A stretch of DNA of 64,000 bases. Origin: Lingula anatina (taxonomy: Eukaryota > Animalia > Brachiopoda). Location: positions 7,688,001 to 7,752,000 of the forward strand of contig CM120646.1 in assembly GCA_051362555.1 (NCBI GenBank). Reading direction: 5' to 3'. Made by a program: the position numbers and the translations under genes. Positions 1 through 11,290 of this stretch are shown here, piece after piece (position 1 is the stretch's first letter; each line of letters begins with the position of its first letter). The notes under the pieces were generated by a model, which did no database searches, had not been told where the DNA came from, and worked only from the letters and a program-made list of their open reading frames with translations.

Positions 1-23
1 GAGTACTATTGTCACCAATTACA

Positions 24-1140
24 ACAACCCATGGTGACTGACGTTCTGAAAAAAGTTATCTGTTAGAAAAGTATGCAGTTGTATGTCACGCTGTCAATGT
101 CAATTCCGCTTTCAGTTTCAAATCTTTTTAAAACAGTTTATAAACACTCTATTTTTCTAAGAATATTGTTAGATTATAAAACTGTCATTCTTTGCTAGTG
201 GTGCACTGCAGGGGGGGGGGGGCATAACAAGAATGTAATTTAAATTTAGATGGCCAATCAAATTATAATGACATCGTGTATGTCTCAATAACAAATCAAA
301 GAAGCTGCATGAGCAAGGTGGATGCTGTTATAATAGCAAAAAAAAGAGAAAAAGCAGATAAATCGAAAATACCGTCAAAATGGCGTCCATTTTTGTGGAA
401 TTCCGACCCTACCTCTTTTAGGAACAGTTTGTTGTTGCAAAGGAAAATCATTTCACACTTTTACTGAAGATTCGGAAGTTTTAGGTGAGGACGGAGAAAA
501 TGTCTATATGGTTAACGAGCGGCACCTCTATTTTAAACTTGGTTGTCAAACAGAATTCTTTTTTCTCAGAATTAAAGGATACAGTAGCGACTTTTAAAAA
601 TCACTGTTGGCAAGTTCTTATACTTAAAATCTCCGTATCAGAGTAGAGTGATCAAAGTAGAGTGAAGCCACCGCGCATTAAAGGTCAATTAACGCTTGGA
701 CGAACACTTAATTGCGACCACGCTCACCTTCGATCTTTATCTCAGCGAGCTAGGGTTAGGCTCTTTTGTTAGCAGAAAGTTTGTCACGATAATTGCCGGA
801 CGGGCAGGGTATGGAACTATTGTTAACAGAAACCAAACAGCGTATGGATGACAATGTTATTTCCATAGTTACCGAGCCAGGCCGTCCGTACAACCCGCAG
901 CGACCCGGAGGGTAAGTAAGGGGAGATTCCGGCGGCACTGTAGGTCGTCCTCGTTAAGGAGCTTATTAATTTTCCCTGACTTCATTGAAGTATTTCTTCG
1001 ATTAGTAAGTGGACAACGTACTATTTGCGATGTATGTGGTTGGCATAATATTGTCCGATTACGACCAAAAAAAAAACAAGAAAGAAAAGAAATACAATTA
1101 ATTATACGGCAATGTCCCTATCCATCTTTCTGTCTCTGTC

Positions 1141-1200
<60 letters not shown>

Positions 1201-1550
1201 ATGCGCAGAAGAAAAGCAGTTACATGTATATAAAGAGGTGAAGGTATGAACAACATTTCCTGTTTTCTATCAGTTGACTCCGGCCATCTGGTTTGGTGGA
1301 AATCCGTTACTATGCAAAACTTGGCAAGCCCCGAAAAGCCATTGAGTTACTTCCAGATGCCAAAAGGATCAACAATTCTACGTTCGACATTTGCAGCGGA
1401 TATGGTGAAAGAAAAGTAAACGTTACGCTGAAGGCAGAAGATGATGGGAAAACTTTAAAATGCCGAATGGAAATTAGATCGGATTTCGTAACATTTAGTA
1501 ATTATCTCATAATTTTAACACTAACGCTTTATACAATTTCGGGACAGACA
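24..1550 (+). pseudogene. Decayed partial duplicate of the 5' part of Ig-RTK gene 1 (intron, end of Ig1 exon, Ig2 exon)
   Basis: 24-180 matches 13175-13331; 435-575 matches 14065-14216; 950-1550 matches 14230-15190. The Ig2 exon copy (1274-1497) has a net 34-nt deletion (ttgactccgg-c-catctgg versus ttgactccgg-35 nt-catctgg), which shifts the frame. Most of the Ig1 exon is missing. Confidence 0.85.
1128..1200. repeat. (CT)n(CA)n compound microsatellite; paralogous copy at ~14723-14810
   Basis: Seen directly. Confidence 0.95.
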
Positions 1551-1895
1551 GTTATTCTGAAAAATGCAGGGGGTTCTTCTTGTTAGATGTTGATGACATT
1601 TTATGGATATATACATTTGTATATAAATTCATACCCTAAAATCCTCGTGCTATTGATAACCTCTCTCTCTCTCTCTCTTTATATATCTATCTGTCTCATA
1701 TGCCCCATCATTTTTTCTCTCTCTCATGTTAGAAATAAAACTAGATGGTGTCGATGGGTAGCCATCGCATATCCCCGCACTTCCCCATATTATCAAGAGC
1801 AGCTCACCCCTAGGGATCACTTACCACACACCCACGTACACACGCACCTACACACACACATACACACAACTCACTGCTTCATCCAAAGGTATAAA

Positions 1896-1903
<8 letters not shown>

Positions 1904-1959
<56 letters not shown>
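1904..1959. repeat. (TA)n microsatellite
   Basis: Seen directly. Confidence 0.97.
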
Positions 1960-1964
<5 letters not shown>

Positions 1965-4900
1965 GCGGGATAACATGATCCCCGACTTTTGTCCCAAAAG
2001 TGCAGGGATAATAAATAGAAATAAACAGTTCGCCCACTGCAGTCATATGGGTTATTTCTACCCTCGGGACCGCAGTGACACATGTCGCTTTAATTCAGAT
2101 CCGATGTAATAATACATGTTTGTTGACGTATAATTTACCTTTCGCTCTTTTCGCCGACAGCGAGGAGACCATACAATTCCCATACATACAATTACGATAA
2201 AGTAACTAGAAAGTAAAACGCTATTATCTTCATGTTGTAATCATGTGTATTGATTTACATTCTCCGCGCGGTTATTTAGTAGGCATTGATTGCCCAGTGG
2301 TAGCCAAATCTATTCAAACAGCCAACTGATTATCAAACTTCCAGTTTCATTGCCTAGATTAGGAGTGATTTCAGTACTGCGTGATAAAATCACAGCATAA
2401 AACCTGCATGACCTATGACAGGTCTTGTAATATTTACGGGCATCCCTGCACCGCTTGGTTAACCGCTCAGTTTGTTGGATAATAGAATCAAATGTGATTA
2501 TTAAATTTTATCTGCCCAATATTTCGCAACCCCATAATATTCTAGCATCGATGCATTGGTTCTATGGTCTAAAGATAATAGTGGCATAGACTTTCCTGTT
2601 AAAGATCAACACCTTCCCTTCCCAAAAGGACAGACAGATACAACGCTCGGCTCACTTGGTGTGAAATATTCGATTTGTACTTTACTTGTGGACATATTTA
2701 TAAACGGGTGATAGATGGGAATAATGGAAAGGTGCGATAAACAGATACATCTGTGTTCGGCGTTCTGTATGTGTACATGTGCCTAACAGCTGTGTCTATA
2801 TATGCATGTGTAGGGCCTAATATTATTTACTGATAAAATGACAACAAACTATTATTAGATTAAAGCCCGAGCGCTGAGAATATGGTATGCAAGCTTCAAC
2901 TTTGTACATGCACATACGTACTATATCAGGAAGCTAGGTGAGGCGTGGAGGGTATTTCATGAGCGAGCGATGTACCAATTTCACTCTCCATTGGTGCTAT
3001 TAAATACATGTACGTACATCTGCTGGTTTTTTGTTAAAACATAATGTACATAATTTTACCCCAATAACAAAAAAGGGAGTCAAGAAAGGCCTATAGGCCC
3101 GATATTGTAATGCATTTACCAGTATTTGTTGCAGTACAACAAGTTAAACATGAAAATAATAATATACTATTACTTGTTGAATTAAGCCAGCTATATATGT
3201 ATAAAGGCCTATATAGGTCACGTGACCAAGTGGCTTGGTTTTTCCAGTTCGGACGAATTTAGAGTTTTATCTGAAAGATTGAATTGAGGTACTCACCCTT
3301 TGCACACACTCGGGATCACGAGTGGGACATACCCAGGTTCTTGGAGAAGGAATTAAGCGATCAAATTATATATTTAACATGTAGTCCGAAACTAAAGTCG
3401 TCAGACGGTCAGCATTCGTATATGTTATATTCTTCAAGAAACATTGATATATTTGGTGACGGTACTTCGGTACTAAAACATAAATGAAGAGACAGTACGT
3501 TACAATGGGAAGCGCCTCAAATGAAGAATCTACATGTAAAACGTCGAGCAAATCATACGTCTAAGGGAGGGCCCAATTCCACGTTAGTTTTTGTTGCACT
3601 GATTTTCCTGAGAGTTAAAGGTGAGAGCTAGTATTGCAATCTTTATCGTTATTATATTAAGACCAAATGTAAACTCTAGTAAGACTAAGAAAAAATTTGA
3701 ATGTCACTCTCGTTGTAAAGTGAGATGACATATAACCATATACATGTATTTGTTGCACTTACTTTTTCGTTGGGCATACCAGTAATTGCTTACGCCAAGT
3801 CTTTTTTTAGACGCTTAGAAATTTACGATAAGGGGAATCCCCTTTATTGAGTCTCCATAGATAAACAGGTAGTGGCAGTCGCAAAAACTCCACAGTCTTA
3901 AAATAAAACAATGTTAGCCGCTTGCTCTTGAAACCCATCCACTCCTTTACTTAATGCCGGTATATCAAGCACTATATCCTGCCTGGAAAAACTAAAACGA
4001 TGGAACTACTGGGTGTCTAGGGGGTGTCTAGGCAGTAAAGTGAGGTTCAATATGACTCTGGTCACATTAACCCCCATAAATATGTGTCTTGATATATAAA
4101 GTGATCAGCACTGCTAATAAAGAGGTGCGTGTAAGTGAGTAATATACTTCGGATAGCCAAACACATAGAAAATAATGAAATAATGGATAGGGAGGGGGTG
4201 GCAGTTGGCGCGCTGCATTCACGTACCTGTCCCAGTTAAGCATATTCAGACATGCTTAAACCCCCTTTACACTGGGTGGCGTCCTTTCTGCGTCCCGTAG
4301 CATGGCCCCGTTAAAGAGTAAATAAAGATTATTGCATGCCCATAATCTATCAAGCTAAGATTTTACCCGAGTCGCTTCCTACAGCTGCCTCTGTAAATAA
4401 CATTACGTCATCCACTTAACCTTATGGCACTATTAGCCAATCGCCCCGCGGGTTTGAATCACGTGCGGAGGAAGACAGAGACCACGCATCTTGTGCACAT
4501 TCCTGAAGACACTCTTTGGCTTACAGCTCAGCCGCACGGACAAATAAGACAAGCGCGTAAGTAGAAGTCAACACCAAATAACATCAATACCGATCAAGGG
4601 TAAGTTACTACCTTCGTTTATTCAGTTTAAGCTCTTTCACGAGCTTTACGTCGTCACACGGCGCTTATTAGCTACAGCACGAATAACATGAGTAGCACGA
4701 GTTTCGCTGGTTCACATGTATTTGTTTCCTGTTACACACCCTTGATAATAGGTACAGCTAAGTACTTTTCTATTTCTTTAACGATAAACTTTGCTTAGGA
4801 AACAAAGAAAACGACCCGATTAGTTATAACTTCTGATAAAATGGTCAGTTTCTGTACGTTCTACGAATCGAAGCGAGTCAAAATGGCGGACTCCTAAATT

Positions 4901-5905
4901 GTTAGCAGGGGGTGGAAACGCGCTACTTATATGATTATGACGAGCCTAACCGTCAGCACCGGATATTAGTTTGTGACCTTGAGGGGCAATTAGGCTTGGT
5001 CTTTGCGGCACGCGCGAACAGTAGTCGATCTACCACACCTGGGTCTTTTGTTTTTGACAACTGTTCACTCGTGAAGGAGGTGCTTTCTCAAGACTACAGG
5101 CTGATATCTACTAGCACTACCAGTGGCTTCATTAGTAACGTTCCCACAATACATGGTTTTCTGTCTGTGCGTACATACCCTGAATTTGGTTAGCCTCACT
5201 GACGAGAACAATGGACGTTTCTTACCCCTCTCTAGGATTACCCCTGTTGTTAGTTGATATCGACTAATTGACACATTAAGATTCTTATGGTTAGGTGTTA
5301 CTCGTACAGACAGTTACGAATGAATTATGCGTTTAATGGTAGTATATGCAATTCCCTATCTTCTCCTACCACCGTGAGTCGTGGGAAAACATCCACTTTT
5401 GTTTCGGCTGCATCCTGTACCGGACAACATGGCGCCTCCGGATACGCTTACGTAATCATTAATTGCTTGCACATGCCGGGTGGTCAGATATATGCTTTGA
5501 TGCCTCGACACCCTGGGAGAACCATAAATTTTATGCATCCAGATCTAGGATTATTAATAATAATAATAATTTATTCGAGCATTAAATATGACAGTTACGT
5601 TTGTTAGCCCTCTATACTACAAATAGATGGATAAATAAATAGTTATACATCGCTATGGATTACTACTTATACAGTTTTTAAGAATATTTATTACAGTGTA
5701 TACTTATTACAATTGTAAAAAGTTCACTATTAACTAATGTTAACTAACGTTGAAGGATCACATCTGCTCAACCCCCCCCCCCCCCTTTTTATCTCTATAC
5801 TGCTAGATTCTTAATATCATAAGCTTTATTAGGGGCTGGTAATGACTTGCCTTTACCCTAATTTATTATGTTTCAGATAGTTGCATGCCTTTAAGTTTCC
5901 TCAAT

Positions 5906-6422
5906 ATGGAAATTATGATAGCTGGTCGCAGTCTTATTAGAGGATTAGAACAGGAAGCCTCTCCAAATCTCAACCCCCATCCAGCAGGGTTCAATGTCTA
6001 TGGAAAAAGTGGAGCCCGATTGGGCCTTTTTCTGTCCAGTGATGACTTCCCGGAATGACCTCCTAGAACCTCCTTCAATTGGGTGGAAATTATGTGCGAG
6101 CCCCCCGCCCCCCCTTCGGTGCGCAACAAATTACAAGCAAGATAGTATCACTCAACCTAAGCATTCAGGACTTAAATCCAGATGCTGTGATTTTCTGGGA
6201 CAGCTCCTATTTCGATCTGCGCCCAGCCGCAGATATCTCCCAACGAAAGATGACCAGGACAGTTATTACGAGTGTGTCAGGCAGCTGAATAAGACCCTAC
6301 AGGAAACTTTCAAAGGACAGGCTAAGGTCCGCTTTCTTCGGCATGTGGGTGCCACCAAACAATGGGAGAACAATCCGTCAAGAAGGGTACACATGAATGA
6401 GTTAGGCACTCGTATGCTATGA
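5906..6422 (+). pseudogene. SGNH hydrolase-like ORF of the YR retrotransposon (one stop, frameshifts)
   Basis: Reading across frames: MEIMIAGRSLIRGL (block I), YGKSGAR (block II), LLQLGGNYV (block III), LGQLLFR, VRFLRH, RRVHMNELG (decayed DGVHLN, block V). Confidence 0.72.
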
Positions 6423-6434
6423 CGATCTTTCCGA

Positions 6435-7660
6435 GGCTACAGCATGTTGCCGCTTTTCTATTACTTATGCTGCATTAATACAGATCGGGCCACAACGCAT
6501 GGCCGCTTTAAGCCAAATGCAAACACGTCATAGCTTGATTTATACTTGATTTATAGTTACATTCACATACATTTACTTCGCCATTGACTCGCCACCATAT
6601 TTACCAACTTATGCATATGAGTAGCTTAAGCTTACGATGTGCCTTCAACAATTGGTACGCGAACGACATCGATCTCGACCAGTGAGCCCATCAGGCGGCT
6701 GCTTTCTCTTGTTACTATAAGGGCTACAACATGTTACTGCTTTCTATTACTTATGATGCATCGATACAGCCTGGGCCACAATGCGTGGCCTCATTATGCC
6801 AAGTGCATACACGCTACAGCTCGATTTATACTTGATCTATAGTTACATTCACGTACAATTACTTAGCCATTGACTCACCACCATATTTACCAACTTATGC
6901 GTAAGAGTAGCCTAAGCTTATGCTGTGCATTCAACATTTGTCGTGCGAATGACATTGATATCGACCAGTGGGCCCATCATTCAACCGCTTTCTCTCGTTG
7001 GGCCCCTCTCGTTTACTTTAAGGGCTACAGCATGCTGCTGCTTCTCTTTTACTTATGAGGCATTAATAGAGCCTGGGCCACAACGTGTGGCAGCATTATA
7101 CCAAGTGCAAACACGCTATAGCTTGATTGATACTTAATTTATAGTTACATTCACATACATTTACTTCGCCATTGATTTCTGCCAATGGGCCCATCACAAG
7201 GCCGCTTTCTCTCATTTGTACAAATGGCTGTAGCACGTAATGGCTTTACTCTTTCCTACTGTACGTTGGGGCCACAACGCGTGGCCGCATTACACCAAAT
7301 GCAAACACGCTATAGCTTGATTGATACTTGATTTATAGTTACATTCACATACATTTACTTCGCCATTGATTTCTGCCAATGGGCCCATCACAAGGCCGCT
7401 TTCTCTTATTTGTACATAAGGCTGCAACACGTAGCCGCTTTACTCTTATTTACTGTATTTTGGGGCCACAACGCATGGCCGCATTAAGCCAAATGCAAAA
7501 AAAGGCTGTACAAAAGGCTGCAGCACGTAGCCGCTTTACTCTTACCTAAGCCAAGTGCAAAAAAAGGCTGTACAAAAGACTGCAGCGCGTAGCCGCTTTA
7601 CTCTTACCTATGTTGCACCGTCATAGTCTTGGGCCGCAATGCGTGGCCGCATTCAACCAG
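6435..7660. repeat. Degenerate tandem array inside the YR element (about 6 units of ~170-300 bp)
   Basis: The core gggccacaacgcgtggccgcatta..ccaa(a/g)tgca recurs near 6488, 6773, 7074, 7268, 7463 and 7631; the first four are followed by ttgatttatagttacattcac-like sequence. Confidence 0.85.
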
Positions 7661-8299
7661 CTTAAAGGATGGCACAGCTACATGACATATGTAGACAATA
7701 GTTATTATCTTGTTTGCTTACAATTGCTTATGCCTTAATTTTTATACCTGGACATATGCTTGTCCGCCTCTATCACATATTTGTGCACCTACAGCAAGTT
7801 AACTTGCCAACATATTATACATTATTTGCAACTTTTTCAATAATGAATTAATATGACGATAACAAGCACTATACATTGCTACGGGTACCTTTAACTAGCA
7901 ATTGGCCTAACTGAATAGATTCTGCAATTTGTAAAACTGAATGACTAGCATTCGCATACGCTGTTCTGTACATCTCATTGAACCAGATTATCAATTAATC
8001 ATTTTTTTTTTTTTTTCTGTTAATACACTTCCTTATGCTTTCCTCTTTTGAGCTGGCAGGGCTCTTCTATCCCTCTCATCTCTGCCATATGGAGTCTATA
8101 CTTCCTTTCTTCATTTTAGAGAAGCAAATTCCAAGAACTAATATAGATTACCACGTCAACTCAAAATTGAGACAAAATTTGAGAAGATTATTATATCAAT
8201 TTAAAAGATCTCCTTCCCCCTGATGCAATCTCGAGCAATCATGATTAACCAGATGCTTACCTTCCCCTAGCCGGAAGTTATTAGGAAGGTCAATTTAAT

Positions 8300-8800
8300 A
8301 TGACTTTCTCCCCCGCCCCGAGTCAAATGACTTATCACCGCTATAATGGTGCCAGGCATGGCAAAATTTTCACTGCAAATTATCTACAGAAAATTTTCCT
8401 TCACAGGCCATACCCCCCCTTTCCATATACACTCACAGAGTCATATCCCTCTTCCCCAGCAAAGTGGTTAGGGGGAAAGCGCATAATGAAAAGTCTAGAC
8501 TCAAAAGACCAGTGAGATGATAAAATGGGAAGAGGAGGACCCAGTGACTTATGGCCATTCTTTGGGCTCAATAAAAATAGAGAGTTTTTCGTCCCCAGTC
8601 ACAAGAAACGTTCAAAAATTTTAACAGAGGCAATTGTTCCTACTACAGGTGCAGATTCAAACACAAATGCCTACTTTGTGGCAGACCACCCCCTGCCGCC
8701 CAGCTCCCAGAGACCCCTCACATTACCAAAGGAGAAACAACTACCAATTTACAAGCTCCAAAACCCCCATTCTCAGACCCAAATTCAACAAAAGGCTAAC
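8300..8800 (+). pseudogene. gag-like ORF remnant of the YR retrotransposon
   Basis: An alternative frame at ~8617-8697 reads NFNRGNCSYYRCRFKHKCLLCGRPPPA, a Cys/His knuckle of the kind found in DIRS/Ngaro ORF1. Confidence 0.6.
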
Positions 8801-8808
8801 ATAATTCC

Positions 8809-9507
8809 ATGCAAGACATAATAACAATCAACGAACCCTCCTTTCCCATTGTTGACAATATTACGACACCTGTCGAGTATCAAATCTTAGAAAACTTACT
8901 CGCAGGCTATAACCCCGGCATTTCTTATTATCTGGTGGAAAAAAAAAAAAAAATTGACACAGAAATTGAAGCAGCACGTATTGTGAGCTCATTCTCCACA
9001 CCCCCACCCCCCTTCTTCGTCACGTCCCCAATTTATGTTGTCCCCAAAAAGACCCCAGGAAAGTTCTGTTTCATACATAATCTTTCCTCCCCTAAACACT
9101 ACTCCGTCAACGATGGCATTAAGGACAAATCGGCAACGTTTCGTATGCCAATGCCTCTGATGCTATTCAACTGGCTAAATCCATAGGAAAATATGCCTAC
9201 CTGGCTAAAGCAGACATCCAGAACCATTTAGAATTCTCCCATTACAAAGACTTTTGTTTCTAATGGGGTTTTCCTTAAAATCACAGTACTATTTTGACAA
9301 AAAATTACCCATGGGCTTACGTTCTTGTTGTAAAAAAAAATTCGAAGACCTTTAGTTCGGCCATAGAATGGATAGCTAAAAACAAGTGTCGGATACCTGA
9401 TATCCTATACTTGCTGGATGATTTCCTCATCCTGTCCCCAACCAAACAAGAATGTCAAAAACGTCTTGACCGTTTCATAGATCTTTGTCAGCTGATAGAA
9501 GTACAAT

Positions 9508-9540
<33 letters not shown>

Positions 9541-10170
9541 ATAATAATAATAATAATAATTCCCCAGCTATTGTAATATCCTTTACCGGTATAGAACTGG
9601 ACACCTCACTGCAGGAGGCACGCTTGCCCCCTGGAAAAACCAAAAACTACCTAGAACTAGTCCATATCCAAAAGGAAAAATAGCACTGCATGATCTCCAA
9701 TCGACCATCGGCCTTTTAAGATTTCTGCTGCTTTATTATCCCGGTCGGGAGGGCCTTTTTAAGGCGGCTTATCAATCTCAATGTTGGGACAACCCAACCC
9801 CACTACAAAATTCGTCTCAACAATGAAGCCCGTGCTGACCTTTCTACGTGGCATATATTCCTCTTAACTTTAAATGGGCGTAGCTTTCTCTATAATGATC
9901 ATTGGTCTTTGTCCCCAGTAGCTTTCATTTTCACAGACTCATCCGGAGGTCTGCCCCTTTTTTGTTTGGGAAGATTACTTGAAAAACAAAAAAGTAACCA
10001 TCTTTTCAAACAATGAAGCCTTGATTTACATTCTAAACAATTGCACCTCGAAGGATCATTCCATTATGTTACTACTGAAAAAACTTATTCTACATTGTTT
10101 AAAGATTTTTTGAGCCACCCACATACCTGGCGTGGACAATTGCGCTGCTGATGCCCTGTCTCGGCCTAAT
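8809..10170 (+). pseudogene. Reverse transcriptase/RNase H remnant (DIRS/Ngaro type)
   Basis: SPIYVVPKKTPGKFCFIHNLSSP..SVNDGI, YLAKADI, YLLDDFL, FTGIELDT..EARLP, FTDSSG and HIPGVDNCAADALSR, interrupted by frameshifts, deletions and poly-A/(AAT)n expansions. Confidence 0.92.
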
Positions 10171-10299
10171 TTACAGGCCTTCAGAAGACTGCAACCACTG
10201 GCAGATCCTCACCCTACGTCCAAACACCAGAAGAACTTACAGCAAAATTGAACCTCTTTTATTGAATTTATATCTATTAAAAAAAAAAAAAAAAAAAAA

Positions 10300-11084
10300 A
10301 ACTGGCCTGAGAACATTCCCTTCAGATCCAACAGCGACAACCCTATTTGTACATTATCTAAGTGAATGATACAAGCCATCATTTACCAGGACACACCTCC
10401 CTGCGTTAAGCTATAAATACAAGATGGCAAGCATCTCGGACCCAACATCTGCTTTCATAGTGAAACAAACAATTCGGGGCCTGGAGCAGAAAAACTCCTC
10501 ATGCGATACAAGGTCCCCAGTTACTTTGTCAGCCCTACTTATGTTGATACAGATCCTCACCGTCGGTACGCAGTCAGCCTACAAAGTACACTTAATCGCT
10601 GCCATGTTTACGCTTGCATTCTTTGGACTCTTGGGGATAAGTGAAGTTGTATCTAGTGAAACTGTCCACCATCTTCAACTGGGCAATGTTAAGATGAATC
10701 AGTCTGAAGGTGCCATCACCTTATATCTCCCTTCTTTTAAACATGCAGGTCAGAACTCAAATCACACGGTGATAATTCGCAAGAGAATGCCTAAGGTATG
10801 TCCTGTGAGATGGGTCTCCGAATACGCATCCCTACGCCCTAGCACAAGCAATACACAATAAATTCTTCGTTCACGCTGATGGATCCCCAGTTCGCTTCCA
10901 GGATTTCAATAAATACTTGGACCACGGTGTGAAGACAGCTAACCCCTCCCACCTGAATATTAAAAGCCATAGCTTTCGTATTGGCGGTGCTACGCTCGCA
11001 GCAAGTAGCAGCATGTCGGAAACTCGAATCAAACTCCTAGGCAGATGGAGATCCGATACATATATGAAATACTTCCGGTTTTAA
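10300..11084 (+). pseudogene. Tyrosine recombinase remnant
   Basis: FTLAFFGLLGISE (catalytic Arg replaced by Gly), VCPV, then after a frameshift HSFRIGGAT and LGRWRSDTYMKYFRF*. Confidence 0.93.
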
Positions 11085-11119
11085 CTATTTTATGAATTTT
11101 ATATTATTTAAGATTCTTA

Positions 11120-11290
11120 GCACCAGCGACTAAAAGTGCCTATTAATCAGGTCATATTTTCTTGCAATATGCTATGGCACTAGCGACTGGAAGTGTCAAT
11201 TAATCAGGTCACGTCTTCTTGCAATATGCTAAGACCAATAGCGGCTGGAAGTGCCACTTAACCAGATCATGTTTTCATTCAATATACTAA
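11120..11290. repeat. Three tandem ~58-61-bp repeats downstream of YR
   Basis: agcg(a/g)ct..aagtg.c...taa.cag.tca..t.tt..t.caatat.cta occurs three times. Confidence 0.8.

Noticed and set aside
1587-2083. ORFs with YIYIYI runs (similarly VCVCVC at 14594-14833)
   Set aside because: These are translations of microsatellites.
6435-7660. CRISPR-like array
   Set aside because: Eukaryotic context, no cas genes, irregular long units, and the spacers are homologous to each other.
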